Assembly: GCA_051530055.1 (NCBI GenBank)
Contig: CM121341.1
Coordinates: 2,260,638 to 2,324,637 of the forward strand
Origin: Neoechinorhynchus agilis
Taxonomy: Eukaryota; Animalia; Acanthocephala
DNA: 64,000 bases
Direction: 5' to 3'
Below the pieces are notes generated by a model. It was given only the letters and a program-made list of their open reading frames with translations, did no database searches and was not told the DNA's origin. Position numbers and translations under genes: made by a program. Position 1 is the first letter of the stretch. Every line of letters starts with the position of its first letter. This document shows, piece by piece, positions 11,911 through 23,980 of the stretch.

Positions 11911-12008
11911 ATATTTAATCTAACCAAACATCGTAAGTACCCTCAGTAAACACAAAATAAACCGCTGTTCGTTGATTTAAAGCATGAAATAACGCTGCAG
12001 TGCGTCTC

Positions 12009-12911
12009 TCATTCATGCAAGTTTATATGGAGACTTAACTTCCTTCCATAACGTGGGTCTTTAACTACTTGATCGATAAAATCAGTCGTGTTAACTTGTT
12101 TTGTCGTAGTCTCCGTTCTCTCTATGGTAGTCGTTTCTTGTCTACCTACATGAAATCCATCAGATTGTGGACGATTCTGTTGATATCCCTGAAATCCGAA
12201 CTGCTGATTTGCCACGGGCATTTGTTGCCCAAAAGGAGAATATGACTGTTGATTTAAATGAGTATATTGAACCGGTGGGTATCCGACTTTAGGCGAATAT
12301 AGCGGACTCTGTTGCTGTAAACCAAATGGAGTTTGTTGTCCGTACATCTGCTGGCTTTGTAGGAACACTCCTTGTTGTTGGTACGGCGGCATTCCAGTCT
12401 GCTGTTGATATTGGGGATATTGCGTCAAAGGTTGAGAATAACCTCTTGATGCCATTGTCTGTTGAACGAACGATGAAGTATTACTGTTCACATTATAGAT
12501 GGTATTGAACGATTGCAGTATCATGGACATGTCTTGCTCATTCAATTGTTGTGGAACCTGACCATCAAAACGCGCCTGAATATAGAATTGAAGTTTATCA
12601 CGTGGATCCGCTGCTCCATGCACCATTGCATAAGCTATAATAAACTCATTGAACGTAAGGAATCCATTTTTATCAATATCTATCGCCTCAAACATTCTAT
12701 CACTCATGTCGCGTGTAACTGGTCCATGAGGAAACGCATTTGTAGACCGATAGTAATTGTAAAAATCATTTCGCGACATTCGACCGTCTCTCGATGCAGC
12801 ACTCATGAACTCTACACGCATTTGATTGATATTTTCACGCGGGATTTTCCCATACTTAGCAATAGCCTCCACTTCGAGATCGTTTCTTAACACTTTGTAT
12901 GTATTGCCCAT
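12009..12911 (-). CDS. N-myristoylated neuronal-calcium-sensor-like EF-hand protein with Q/P/Y-rich insertion, 300 aa
   Basis: Starts MGNT (myristoylation-type); RMFEAIDIDKNGFLTFNEF is a canonical EF loop; DKLQF and DFIDQVVKDP resemble NCS/recoverin helices. Intronless ORF. Confidence 0.75.
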   Translation of the reverse strand: MGNTYKVLRNDLEVEAIAKYGKIPRENINQMRVEFMSAASRDGRMSRNDFYNYYRSTNAFPHGPVTRDMSDRMFEAIDIDKNGFLTFNEFIIAYAMVHGAADPRDKLQFYIQARFDGQVPQQLNEQDMSMILQSFNTIYNVNSNTSSFVQQTMASRGYSQPLTQYPQYQQQTGMPPYQQQGVFLQSQQMYGQQTPFGLQQQSPLYSPKVGYPPVQYTHLNQQSYSPFGQQMPVANQQFGFQGYQQNRPQSDGFHVGRQETTTIERTETTTKQVNTTDFIDQVVKDPRYGRKLSLHINLHE

Positions 12912-13194
12912 CTTGAGAGTTATAACAACCAAACGAGTACAAATTTAACTCGCTTATATGTACCTCACGAGTTTTGTTATGACTTATACGAATGTTTATG
13001 AACTTGGTTTTTAATGTATCTTAACCAAAACACGTCCAAAAATAGGCCTTTGCGATAGGCAAAAATATGCAGTCTAAGATTTTTAGATGTGTTTTTTTAG
13101 TTTACAACTCGCTCTTATCTAGAGTCCTAAAGAGTTAAATTTAAAGCTACATACTTTTAATTTTTTTTAAATTAAACAAGTTTTTTAAACCATT

Positions 13195-13490
13195 AAATTT
13201 TATTAAAGTACAAAACGTGCAATCACCACCGTCCGCAAAATCTTAGCTTCTCTCCTTCCTCGGCTGTCGCTATCACGCTGGCAGCATTGCCTCGTTGTAC
13301 TGCGAGCGAGATATTTTGTCGAAGGAATACGCCTGCTCTTGAGTCTCCGGTTGCCTCTCTCAATTTCTCCGAGAGATCCTGGAGCAGAGTGCCGAGCTGC
13401 TAAGGGCTCTATACGTCTCTACTCCGAAGGAGACAAAATAATGGGCAATGCTAATTCTCCCTTCCGCTGCACCTCCAGCGATTTCGAGAG
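13195..13490 (-). mobile_element. CRE-clade retrotransposon 3' end
   Basis: Near-identical reverse complement of 28066-28335; encodes the FVPFGVET...RQNISLAVQRGNAASV region. Confidence 0.85.
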
Positions 13491-13564
13491 AGTAGTGAAT
13501 GTTGCTTGAATAAAATAAAACCTTTCAACATGCAAGCCTTCAAAATTTATTTCTCAATGAGGAA

Positions 13565-13830
13565 AATAATAATAACATGTTTTATTTTGATAAAGAAGAG
13601 GAGCCATGTACCTTTGGGTCCTCGAGATCACCTGAATTTGGAGTGGATGTCGGATCCGGAATTGGAGTGAATGACGGATCCGGAATTGGAGTGGATGACG
13701 GATCCAGAATTTCTCGTGGAGGACGGAGTCGGAATTTGGAGTGAATGGCGGAACCGGAGTTTATGACGGATCCGGCAGGAGTGGATGACGAATCAGGTGG
13801 ATAACGGATCCGGAGGATGACGGTCGACGA
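13565..13830 (-). mobile_element. LINE 3' end with 24-bp minisatellite
   Basis: Repeated ggatccggaattggagtg unit; minus strand reads DPSSTPIPDPSFTPIPDPTSTP...EDPKVHG, then the aataaaacatgttattatt tail shared with other LINE ends. Confidence 0.6.
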
Positions 13831-14689
13831 CCAAAGAGGTCGACGCGGCTTAAAAAATTGACCAAAAACTACGGTTCAAAAATACACGATTTCTTAAATC
13901 AAACTTTCGAAAGCCTGAAATCACATATATATAAAAGATTTATTGTAAATAAAAACATCTTAACGTGAATAGAGATTTATCGTTCGAGCTTTCCAACGAA
14001 ATGGCATGTTTCTGATTTTATCGAACATATTCTCTTAATGCATCGTAGTCGAAATTAAATAAAGCAAAACTCCAATTACCGCATAATAAAATATTTAATC
14101 TGGAAATGCTTCAAGTGTTTTAGCAGCAAACCACGAATAATGTGACAAATCCGTCCAATGCACTCATCGTAAATTTGATTAAAATATTTTCTCAAATCGT
14201 ATTTTGATACTAAACTCACAGTTGTTTAATCGGCTTTAAGGATGGCCGTCCTATTATTATCCTCAAGGGAATACTGTCGAGAATTGCACCGTCAATCTTT
14301 GTCTCAACTTTCGTTGTGGCAATGATTAACAAATTAGTGAAAGATTTGAGCATGTAGATTTGTCCAGTAAAAGTATTAATGATCCGCAAGTATTCAATCC
14401 CGGAACTCTTCTTAAAATGATCGCGGTATTCAATTCCAGATTTAAGAATTTGTGAGAAATTGATAGTTCAATAATTTAAAATAACATATTTTTAACCATG
14501 AAGAATTTTTAAGGACCAAAATAAACAATTAAAAATGGATGAATTCTTGAACCAAATCGGTGGGCTGTGTGTCCAAAAGAAAATTATTAGCCGTGAAATA
14601 GGCTACACATAGAAACTTAATAAAAATCACCGGCTACCCAGACAAAATAAGAGATTCTTGTCTTGGATCATTATTTTTGGGGGAAAAGA

Positions 14690-14912
14690 GACTTTCTTTT
14701 GGTAGTTTTTCCACCACGAATTTAAATTCATTAATTTATTTCTGATATTTCACGTCGGATAATTCAGACATCTTTATCAAGGTTTGTTATTGCTTGTAAA
14801 GTTTTTGACGGAGGATCCCACAAGTCGATTTGTTGTTGTATAACGGCGACAAAAATTATGTAAATTTATTAAATCGATATTTCGGCATAATAAATTTACA
14901 TAATTTTTGTCG
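14690..14912. repeat. MITE half-copy (14690-14800) followed by a perfect 24-bp-stem hairpin (14847-14912)
   Basis: 14690-14800 matches the left half of 3729-3928; cgacaaaaattatgtaaatttatt / aataaatttacataatttttgtcg is a perfect inverted repeat. Confidence 0.7.
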
Positions 14913-15639
14913 CAACTACAAAACAATCAAGAGTGGTTTCATTTTTCAATAAATCGATTTATGACACCAACACGTCCATCAGTGAACTTTTAAAGTTCGA
15001 AATAAAAGGATTCGTCGCTTGCTTTGAAAAAACGAGAAGATCGATATAATTGTAGAAAAATTATCACACTTTTGGCTCGATTAAAGAAACAACGTCGATT
15101 GGTGCGTTCAATCGAACAATGTAACCCTAATGGCATCTTTGAGTCAATAATAAAATGTTTTACTTTGTTCAGAAAAATCATAAACACTATCCTAAAATAT
15201 TGGTCAACGCCTTGTAGGTAAAGATAATTCTACATAAAAACATTTATTCGATGAAATAATCGCAGAAAATTTTGATACTTACACGAGATTCGGAATTCAT
15301 TGAAATCCTTGGAATTTCTAAAAAAGGATTGATAAATATTGAACTTCCGAGTTTTCTTAATGCTTCATTAAAGATTCAGAATTCCAAATTACTTCTTCAT
15401 TAAAAACATTTTATTAGCAATATTTTAAGGGAATGAAAATTTCTCATATTTCGAGTTTCTAAAAATTTCGTGTTTTTCTCCGGTTTCAGCGTGCTACAAT
15501 TTTTTTCCTGCGAATACCTAAATTTTGTAAACAATAGTCCTTGTCGTGTAATTTACTTTTTGTAAGAAAAACAGATATTAATTTATTGTTCTCAATCAGA
15601 GCATTTCGATATTGCTCTTATCAGAATCTCCTACGCCAT

Positions 15640-16030
15640 GAACTACGTCCGCTGAGAAGGAGGGGTAAACCGGATAGCAAAATAGGTCGATGTATTTTGG
15701 ACGAACGCTATGCTACCTTCAGGAAGCGAAACGAATCCAAAGAACGGGTTTCCATGGGAATCCTGAGGTCGGACTTTTGCTGAGCCGGCAGGAACTTGCC
15801 TAGCATTGTTAATCCGTTAGTTAACTTCATCTCAGTAGAGTGCATCTATGGGATACCCTGTAAAGACTGACCCCAAGTCTACAATCTACGACGCAGGAAT
15901 GGAGAGCATCGAAACGCTATCAATGTATTGATGCCAAGTGACGGCGTGAGATAGCCGAAGCAATCTTTCGAGACACATTCCAGTTAAATAAAGCGGATTA
16001 TGGGATAAAACTCAATATAACACCAAAATG
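15640..16030 (+). mobile_element. Penelope-like element remnant (GIY-YIG region)
   Basis: tgcatctatgggataccctgtaaagac reads CIYGIPCKD*PQVY, matching the VY.IPC..C...YIG motif of PLE endonucleases. Confidence 0.5.
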
Positions 16031-16617
16031 ACCTACCTTTTACACCTTAAGAAGTCCGACGAGACGGACGAAATATTGAGAATTAATAAATCAATCTCTG
16101 TTCTTCTAATCACCAAAGAACACATATAAAAGCACGAACAACTTTTTTACAATTCATTTTTGGAAGACAAAATGTGGCGAAGAGTAGAACCGGTTTTAGA
16201 GCTCATCGAGTTGCATTCGAACCCACTTTAAACACTATGAAGTAGCCGATCCTTTGTCGCCACGATTTTTTGTACAAAAATTAAAGTACTCTTGAAAATG
16301 TTTGAAAGAGGATGTTCAAAATATTAAAAAGAAACTTGCTTACAACACCGGTAACAAAAAATTTCTCCTTTTCATTTTTGAAAAAAGCAGTAAAAAGTTT
16401 TGGGAATTTACATTTATTTCTTAAAAATTAATTTTTGGGAAATATGTTCGTATATTTATTTTTTAGCGATGGTGTTCGAAGAAATTCTCCAATGAAAATT
16501 CTTCGCGTCACTGTTGAACTTAGGGATTACAAGCAGAAGAAAAATTTTTGCCCACTTGAAGGGATTAATTATTCGTCGCTTGTTCAAAGAAATAATTAAA
16601 TTCCTTGTTCCGCATTT

Positions 16618-16800
16618 GCGCTGAGGTGGTCAAGTGGACCAGTACACCGGATCCCACTTAGGGTCAAAGGGTTCGAATCCGTTACCGCCGATGATGCACA
16701 ACCAAAGGTACGCTTCGGGGTGGTGCGTCCAAGGAAAAATCATCAGCCGTGAAAAAGCGGCCACACATCGGAAAAGCTACCGACCGACCAGACTTCAAAA
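16618..16800 (+). mobile_element. tRNA-derived SINE
   Basis: A box tggtcaagtgg (16627-16637) and B box ggttcgaatcc (16670-16680), no intact acceptor stem; body also found at 11180-11290 and 14560-14660. Confidence 0.65.
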
Positions 16801-16914
16801 ATAAATCATTTTTGATGAAATAGCTAAAAACATGAGCTTGTTATTTATCCGGAAAGGCTCACAAATGAGCACGTACCTATTTTTTACATTTTTGCTTTCG
16901 CTGAAGATGGCAAA

Positions 16915-17165
16915 AAACCAAATTCAAGGACCTCGGTCGAAATCATTATTTCGTTCTCTTTGGTGTCGAGATTCTCTGGTCGGCCTGGTCAATCAAATGT
17001 CCAAGAGACTTGAACGAATCACTCGCGATCCGAGATCAGGAGCATTCCTCCTACAAAACAAAAGCTTGGCTTTGAAACGGAAAGGAACGCTGCGTCCGTA
17101 ATTTGGAGCGTTGCACCAGGATGGCAGCAGAGTGATCCAGACCGGCGGCGCTAACCCATTATAAA
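16915..17165 (+). mobile_element. Old CRE-clade 3' fragment
   Basis: Similar to 23590-23790 (cattatttcgttc...tggtgtcgagattctctg...ccaagagact). Confidence 0.6.
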
Positions 17166-17357
17166 TTCTTTTTGCCGAAAAAATAAAGAATTACCGTTAA
17201 ACTAATAATCGTTCGTTTTATTAAGGAATACTCGTGCCAGCAAAATGTTTTTTCTATTAAAGGAATTAAGTATTTCAAGTTTGAAAACAAACATTTAATC
17301 AGCGATCATAAAAATAATGACCGCTTTATATTTTTTATTGCAAAGAAATTATTCATT

Positions 17358-17623
17358 ATAGTTTCAGTTTCAATTAGCGATGTTTGATTCAGAAATGAAC
17401 ATTTTCAGCCTTTTCGTTGGCCTTCTTCAGTCAATCTACAATTCAAAAGAAGCATTGTCAAATAGTTGACTATAAACTCAGTCTGCGAGTCCCACCGGAT
17501 AAACTATTTGAAAATGCTTCGTTTAAATTGTGGATTAACTGAAGAAGGCCAACGAAAAGGCCGAAAATTTTCAATATAAATCTATTTTCTGAATAAAACA
17601 TCGCTAATTGAAACTGAAATTAT
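17358..17623. mobile_element. Palindromic MITE-like element, about 265 bp
   Basis: Long imperfect inverted arms: gtttcagtttcaattagcgatg...ccttttcgttggccttcttcagt / actgaagaaggccaacgaaaagg...catcgctaattgaaactgaaat. Confidence 0.7.
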
Positions 17624-17832
17624 ATTTTTTATTGGTTAAATTATGTTTTTCGAAACATGGTGTTTTTTTGGGGAAAAACAAGATAAACAATAAATGTTTT
17701 TTGTTTGCCTTCAAAACTCCAAACAATAAGAAAAACATATTTGGACGGAAAATGCTTGTAGTCTGAAACGAGTGTTACTTAAGAATATCTTGCATCCATC
17801 CCAAACTCCTACAGATTTATCGATAGCACCTA

Positions 17833-18721
17833 ATGAATCCTACAACGTTCAAAGCATTGAGTTTCGCAATTGCGATGTTGTTCTTTGTTACTTCAATTTT
17901 AAGCTGGATTTCAACATGCAACCATCATCCGTGGACGCGAGTTCCAAATACGAATTTCGCCATTGGAATCTTCGGCCATTCATACAGAAATAAGACATCG
18001 CTTTTGCCTCCGATTTACTTCCTTCTCATTGAAAGTAAGTTTCCTTCTTGTTTCTTTTATAAAATTCCTTTCGTTAGGAAAACTAATAGGCACGTTGCTG
18101 GTTATGAGCGCCGGATTCGAAATTGCGGCTTTTCTTATGGCCGTATTTCATTTTGTATCCCAAGGACGAGTGCGGATCTTGTGGCTGCAAGTTTCCTCGG
18201 TCCTTGGACAAATCTCTTGTAAGTAAATTTTTAAAATCGGCCTTCCGTTTAATCCGTTTATTTTTCAGTGACCTTCCACGCTTTCGGAATGGGATTCTTC
18301 GTATTTTTTGTGAAAGAAAAATCTCATCAATTCTGCTATACATTTTATTTATCGATTGCATGTGGTTTAATTTCGATTATTTCCGTTATGGCTTCGCAAA
18401 TCGCTACGTTCATCCTGGGAACGAATTTATTTCGATTATTTGGCGACGGATTCATTGCTGGGCGATCAAAGCGTCAGAGAAGGTTAGCCATTTTTTAGCT
18501 GACAATTTTTCGCCAAAAAATTTAGAACATTTAGAACGAATTCTGCTGTCGATCCGTTTTCAAAAAATATCTCAAATATGGAACAAGTCATAGAAGCTTG
18601 CGAGCCATTAATAAAGGATTTTGCCGACGAAAAACCAATTCGGATTTTCCAAAAATGGAACGATTCTGATTCGATCGAAATGGATTCTTTAAATTCTCAA
18701 GAACATATTATTAGAATTTAA
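17833..18721 (+). CDS. Four-TM claudin/PMP22-superfamily-like membrane protein, 250 aa; exons 17833-18034, 18078-18218, 18269-18482, 18526-18721
   Basis: Three GT-AG introns (43, 50, 43 bp) give an open 753-nt CDS with four hydrophobic segments. The first loop has W...GIF, resembling the claudin W-GLW signature. Family call is inference. Confidence 0.7.
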
Positions 18722-18949
18722 TGTGCAAAAAGCACTTCAAATAAAGTATAAAACTTTCCGGTCACTTTTATTTACATTTCAACAAAATATTATTTTTGTC
18801 TTTGTGTTTCGTTGCTTAAATTGAGACTGAACGTTTTCACCCATTTTTAGTGTTCAAAAAGAATAATTCGATCCATAAGATAAAAATTCCCGAATGTCAA
18901 ATTTAAGAAACACGATCAATTCAAGCGATTGAGTTGAAGCAAAAGCCTT

Positions 18950-19190
18950 CATGAGGACGAGGGATCGCAACAACTCGATCGGAATGTTATCTGGACCGGC
19001 GTTCCTACCAGTCTTCATTTTCTTGAGCTGTGCAGCAACCTCATCGTACGACTACGGCCTCGTCATATTGACATTCGAATGTACGTTTTCTAGAGGCAGT
19101 CGTTCATTCTCAGTGTTCAGCAGAGTGTTGAAATATTCCTTCCACTTATCCAAAATGTCCTTCATGAGGAATGCCCACCGTGTCGTATGC
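18950..19190 (-). mobile_element. RTE-clade fragment derived from the 578-bp array
   Basis: Reverse complement of the 30165-31593 unit, includes the array junction ttcctc|atgaag and third-copy variants (gaaaac, ttcgaatg). Confidence 0.85.
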
Positions 19191-19495
19191 CCTTTCAAGG
19201 ATTCTAGTACACGCCGGAAAGTTTAAACATTTTAAAGGCTTGGAGAGAAATCATTTTTTATGCTTCTATGACCTTCTCTTGACTACTATGAACTCTTGCA
19301 TCGTTCATTGTAGATAGCACGTCGCATATTTGACGCTGCACTGATACGATGGGTGGTTTAAAGTCAAAATCTTTTTTTCTGACGGTTTTTTCTTATTTAG
19401 TCAAGATAAAGCAATTATTGAATGCTTGTTTATGGCTTAAAAATTAAAAGAATTTATTAAATGTGATATTTCGGCACAATCTTGTACGCTATATA

Positions 19496-19708
19496 AAAAT
19501 GTCGATATGTGAGGTACCGGGGAATGTGATTAGAATTATTGTTTAGAAGTCTACACTCGCGGTAAATGATCATTTCGATTAAAGACGTCTAGAATCTCGC
19601 CGGGTTCATCATCAGTTCCTGTTACTGATGATGAATCCGACGAGATTGGAAACGTTTTTAATTGAAATAATCATTTACTGCGAGTGTAGACTTCTGAACA
19701 ATAATTTC
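19496..19708. mobile_element. Palindromic Penelope-terminal-repeat dimer
   Basis: Left arm gtcgatatgtgaggtaccgggg...gggttcatcatcagt, short spacer, right arm actgatgatgaatccgacgagattggaaacg...gtagacttctgaacaataatt. Confidence 0.75.
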
Positions 19709-20605
19709 AACATTTAAAGAATTCTTTCGTGTTTTTGCGTCACGAGTAGTTATGCACAAGAACTAGGATGAGAATACAAGCCACTTTCTTTTTCCTACTC
19801 CGATGGAGAAATAGTTTGGGGGGCATTCGAGCTAATTTGGTAAATTTTGATTTTTAAAGACTACCTTTATTATTTAATAAATAGGTTTTTTGCGACGAAA
19901 TTGAAATGATTTTATTTTAAATTGCCGATTTGTTTCGGAAGCTTACAAGATTGTACGCGTTTATCACAATGTTGCTTGTAAGTTTTTAAACTCACATATT
20001 CGAAACTAATCGGCAGTTTAAAATTATTTGAATCTTTCTTCAGGCAGAAAGCAACCAAAATATGAATAGTTCAATCTTCGAGCATTTCACAAATATTCTT
20101 AAAAGGCAATTTTATTTCGTTTTCTCCGTTTTGTTTCACTTTAACGAATCTACGGTACTTCGTTTTCGATCTTCTTCTAAATCGATATGTTTTGCTAGGG
20201 GTAGCAAACAAAGTTTAGACCAAAATGTTGTACAACGAGCAAATGCTTAGGAGAAGCGACGAATTAAACGTTATTTCAAAAGATGTGGGTTTTACTGACA
20301 AAAAAAACGATAATTTTTTAAATTTAATTAGAAAATCAATTTTAAGTACAATAATGGGCAAATAATCTACTTGCAAGTTCGCCTGAATTTTTTAATAAAT
20401 CTTCAACGGAAAATAGTTGGGTTTCTACGATGGAAAAATTAAAGTAACTATTTAATCCGATATTTCGGAGGCACACAATCGTGTAAAACTTACAAGTAAC
20501 CTTCATATAAATGCGTACAATAAATTACCTCAATTTTCCGCAATAAACTTTTTTTATTAAATCCAATACAAAATCGATAATCTCAGTGTTAGTATCGATT
20601 TAAAG

Positions 20606-22332
20606 ATGTCTAATGAGTGCTCATTAGCACAAACGTCAAACGTTTTAAGCTACATTGCTTCACAAAAGATCATCAATAGCTATGATTACGCTCTTGAACA
20701 TTCAATCGATCATCAAAAAGTCATTGGAATCCTAAAAAGCCTATCATGTCGATCGGAAAATGTGAGTAACTAGTTCATAATTAATTTCATTCGAACTTTT
20801 AAGTTTTTAAAAACTGAGCAAAAAACTAAAAAGTTTATTTCACTCACTGAACAAGGATTGTCTTTTCTTGAGAATGGGAGTTATGAGTATCGAATATGGC
20901 AAGCGCTTGATTCAGACACAGGAATAGAATTTCAAAAGTTAAAGGTGTCTTAATATTTGACAGAAACTGAATCTTAAACGAAAGCATATTTTTGAAAGGA
21001 TATCTTTCCCGAAGCAAAATTCGGTGTGGATAAAGCAATGCGTGCTGGTTGGATTAAAAATGAAAAAGGAATAGCCACAAGAGCGAGTGAGCACATTTCG
21101 GATTCCACCACTTCAATGCTTAGCTCGGTTCAATCTAATCCCAGTTCTGTGTCCCAAAAAGAAATAAAGGAATTGATGAAACGAAAACTTGTTTCCGAGA
21201 GGTGAAGTTTTACAGGAAGATGCACAAAAACATTTTATCGTCTATTTAGCACCTTAAAATATTTAATATGCACTCCTGGTGAGGGTTTCACGTTGAACTT
21301 CGAAAAATCGGAGAACGATTTAACTGAAGAACTAATAAGTAGCGGTCGTTGGCGTGATGTTAAGTTTAGAGAGTACAACTTGAAGGCCAAAGGAATTGAA
21401 CCAGTAAAAATCGGCGCTCTTCATCCCCTTCAAAGAATGCGATCTTGTGTCCGAGAAATTTTCCTTGAACTAGGATTCGAGGAAATGCCGACAGATCGTT
21501 ATGTTGAAAGCAGCTTCTGGAACTTCGATGCTCTATTTCAGCCTCAAGAGCATCCTGCAAGGGACCAACAAGACACTTTTTTTGTTTCAGAACCAGCAGA
21601 AAGTGCTCAAGACTGGCCTGATTGGTACCAAAGTAAAGTGGATCGCGTTCATTCTCAAGGAGAATACGGATCGATCGGGTATCAGAGTAAATGGAAGGTT
21701 GAAGAAGCAAGAAGGAACATTCTTCGGACACATACAACTGCTATTTCGGCGAGAATGTTATTTAAGCTCGCAACAGAGGTAATGACCAGACTGCTGAACG
21801 AGTTGTCCATTCGTTTCTAGAAACCATTTAGACCCGCAAAGTACTTTTCCATTGATCGGGTGTTTCGAAACGAAACCCAAGACGCTACCCACCTCGCAGA
21901 ATTCCATCAAGTCGAAGGTCTTATAGCCGATCGTAACCTCACTCTCGGTCACTTGATAGGAACAATAAAACAATTTTACGATCGAATCGGTCTTAAGAAC
22001 TTAAGATTTAAACCGGCCTATAATCCTTACACGGAACCAAGTATGGAAATATTTTGCTATCACGAAGGTATTCTTTTCTGATAATTGCCATTTTAATACT
22101 CTTTAGAGGACTTGGGAAATTAATCGAAGTGGGGAACTCAGGAATGTTCAGACCTGAAATGCTGCTGCCAATGGGTCTTCCCGAAGATGTTCGTGTCATT
22201 GCTTGGGGACTTTCTCTTGAAAGGCCAACGATGATAAAATTGGGAATTTCGAATATTAGAGAGCTAGTAGGACATCGAGTCGATCTCCAAATGTGCAAAA
22301 ATAGTCCCTTTATATTCTTTTCGGCTGAGTAA
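20606..22332 (+). CDS. FARSA: Phenylalanyl-tRNA synthetase alpha subunit, 499 aa; exons 20606-20761, 20804-20944, 20999-21201, 21250-21778, 21821-22067, 22109-22332
   Basis: [91 protein letters not shown]. The spliced CDS totals 1500 nt. Confidence 0.97.
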
Positions 22333-22429
22333 ATTGCTCGAGTGTTCAGATTGGTTTTTAAATATCGAACCACGAGAAAAGTCTAGGCAGTGTTCTTGCA
22401 ATGCAAAAAACAGGACATTTGCAACGTGT

Positions 22430-23790
22430 TAATAAATTGTCCTTACACGAGGCTCGGTTCCTGATCAACAACACCCTCTTCATTCCGAAATCACTGTATA
22501 ATCTGCCAAGAAGAAATCGATGGCACGCTCGGAGGTAATCCCTCTGTAGTACTGCGCGATTTGGAGACACTCGTAAAGGAGACGACGAAAATTGGCATTG
22601 AACTGAATCCTTCAAAATGAGAGACTTTAGTGATGAACATGGGAAAATACCATGAACCACATTCAGAACCTGGCCCAGAGATAGAATAGATTACTTTACA
22701 CCGGTTGATTCTCCTAGGAAGCTGTGTTTTTTAACATGGAAACAGAGATTTAATCTTCAACCGCAACTTTACATGCTATGCAAACGAAATTATCCTTACA
22801 CGAGGCTCTGTTCCTGATCAAGAATACTCTCGTCATTTCAAAATTAGTGTATAAGCCGTGATCAGCACTTTTTTGGACACAAAGATAAGATGAAACAATT
22901 AGACGAAACTTTGGCAGCCTGGCTGGATAATATTTAAATACTCAGCTATCGGACGATACCCGGCGTCAAGGATCCTTCCTTGCCTGTGTCGTCCCACCGA
23001 GTATATATTTTCCTGTCAGCTCATTTGGGATCGTATGGATCAAGCCACAAAATAGTTCAGTCTTTTCTTGGCGGGATTTACACTTTGGTTGACGATTTCA
23101 TGGAGGCTCTTAATCTTTGGTTTGGTAAGGATCGCAGTGTCGCTGAGACTTGGAGTACCGATATGCACTTCCAATCGCTGCGGTTGTTTATCCTCCGTTG
23201 AACCATCGGGACGCCGTTGTAGTGATGACGAATTGACGTCATTGAAACCATATCGATTATATAACGTTATGTGTTTTTATGTGTGTGCGTGCGCGTTATA
23301 TATTAAAAATAAACATATATTCTTGTCAGGAAATCAAAGCATGAGAGCCGTGGTCTCGTTTGTCGGCAATCAGACGGAAGGTACTCACGACACGCCGAAG
23401 TGAGCGAAACTCTTAGTCGTGCCCTGAATACTATGAATACGTCCAATAACCTCGAGCCGGGCAATCTTTGTCGACTCGATGGCCGTGGACCGGACGGTAT
23501 CACACTGCTTCCTTGGCGACCAGTCGCCGCTGTTAATCCTAAATAGCATCAACGGCTGCTGAAGATCGAAAAACGACCGAATACCGCGACCTGGATCAAA
23601 ATCACTATTTCGTTCCCTTTGGCGTCGAGATTCTCTGATCGTCTAGTACGGCTGTGCTGGAATTGGTCAAGAAATTGTCCAAGAGACTCAGACGAATCAC
23701 TGACGAACCAAGGGCCGAAGCATTCATCCGTCCTTTCCATTACACCAGGATGGAAGCTGAGTGATCCAGAGCGGTGGTGAATGCATTATA
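22430..23790 (+). mobile_element. Fragmented old CRE-clade element(s)
   Basis: DGTLGG RT motif near 22520, LHEALFLIKN near 22800, RIAVSLRLG near 23130, HGLVC...RH...LEP...DG..PDGIT.LPW at 23340-23520, HYFVPFGVE near 23600. Confidence 0.8.
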
Positions 23791-23980
23791 AAATCTTTTT
23801 TTTTCGAAGATAGCTACTTATATCATTAAAGTGCACAAGTTGAAAATGCGGTTAACGTGATGCCTCACTGAATAATCTTCGCTAAAATTCTCATCAAATA
23901 GTCAATTGAATAGATGAAGTAGAGCGCTAATGATTTATTGTTCAAAACCAGGAACATGATTTAGAGTCAAAGATCTCAAA

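Larger units (their letters stand above)
17676..19190 (+). repeat. Left arm of inner inverted duplication (partner 31420-33288)
   Basis: Mirror ORF sets with coordinate sum 50964 (17772/33192; 18593/32371). Homology continues to 18949/32058 and then into the shared RTE fragment. Confidence 0.93.

Noticed and set aside
14200-14450. About 75-codon minus-strand open stretch ending at a gtgagt donor
   Set aside because: No start, no joinable downstream exon and no recognisable motif; could be a real exon but is unsupported.
16618-16690. Possible tRNA gene
   Set aside because: The acceptor and anticodon stems do not pair, and the sequence continues into a dispersed repeat body, so it is treated as a SINE.
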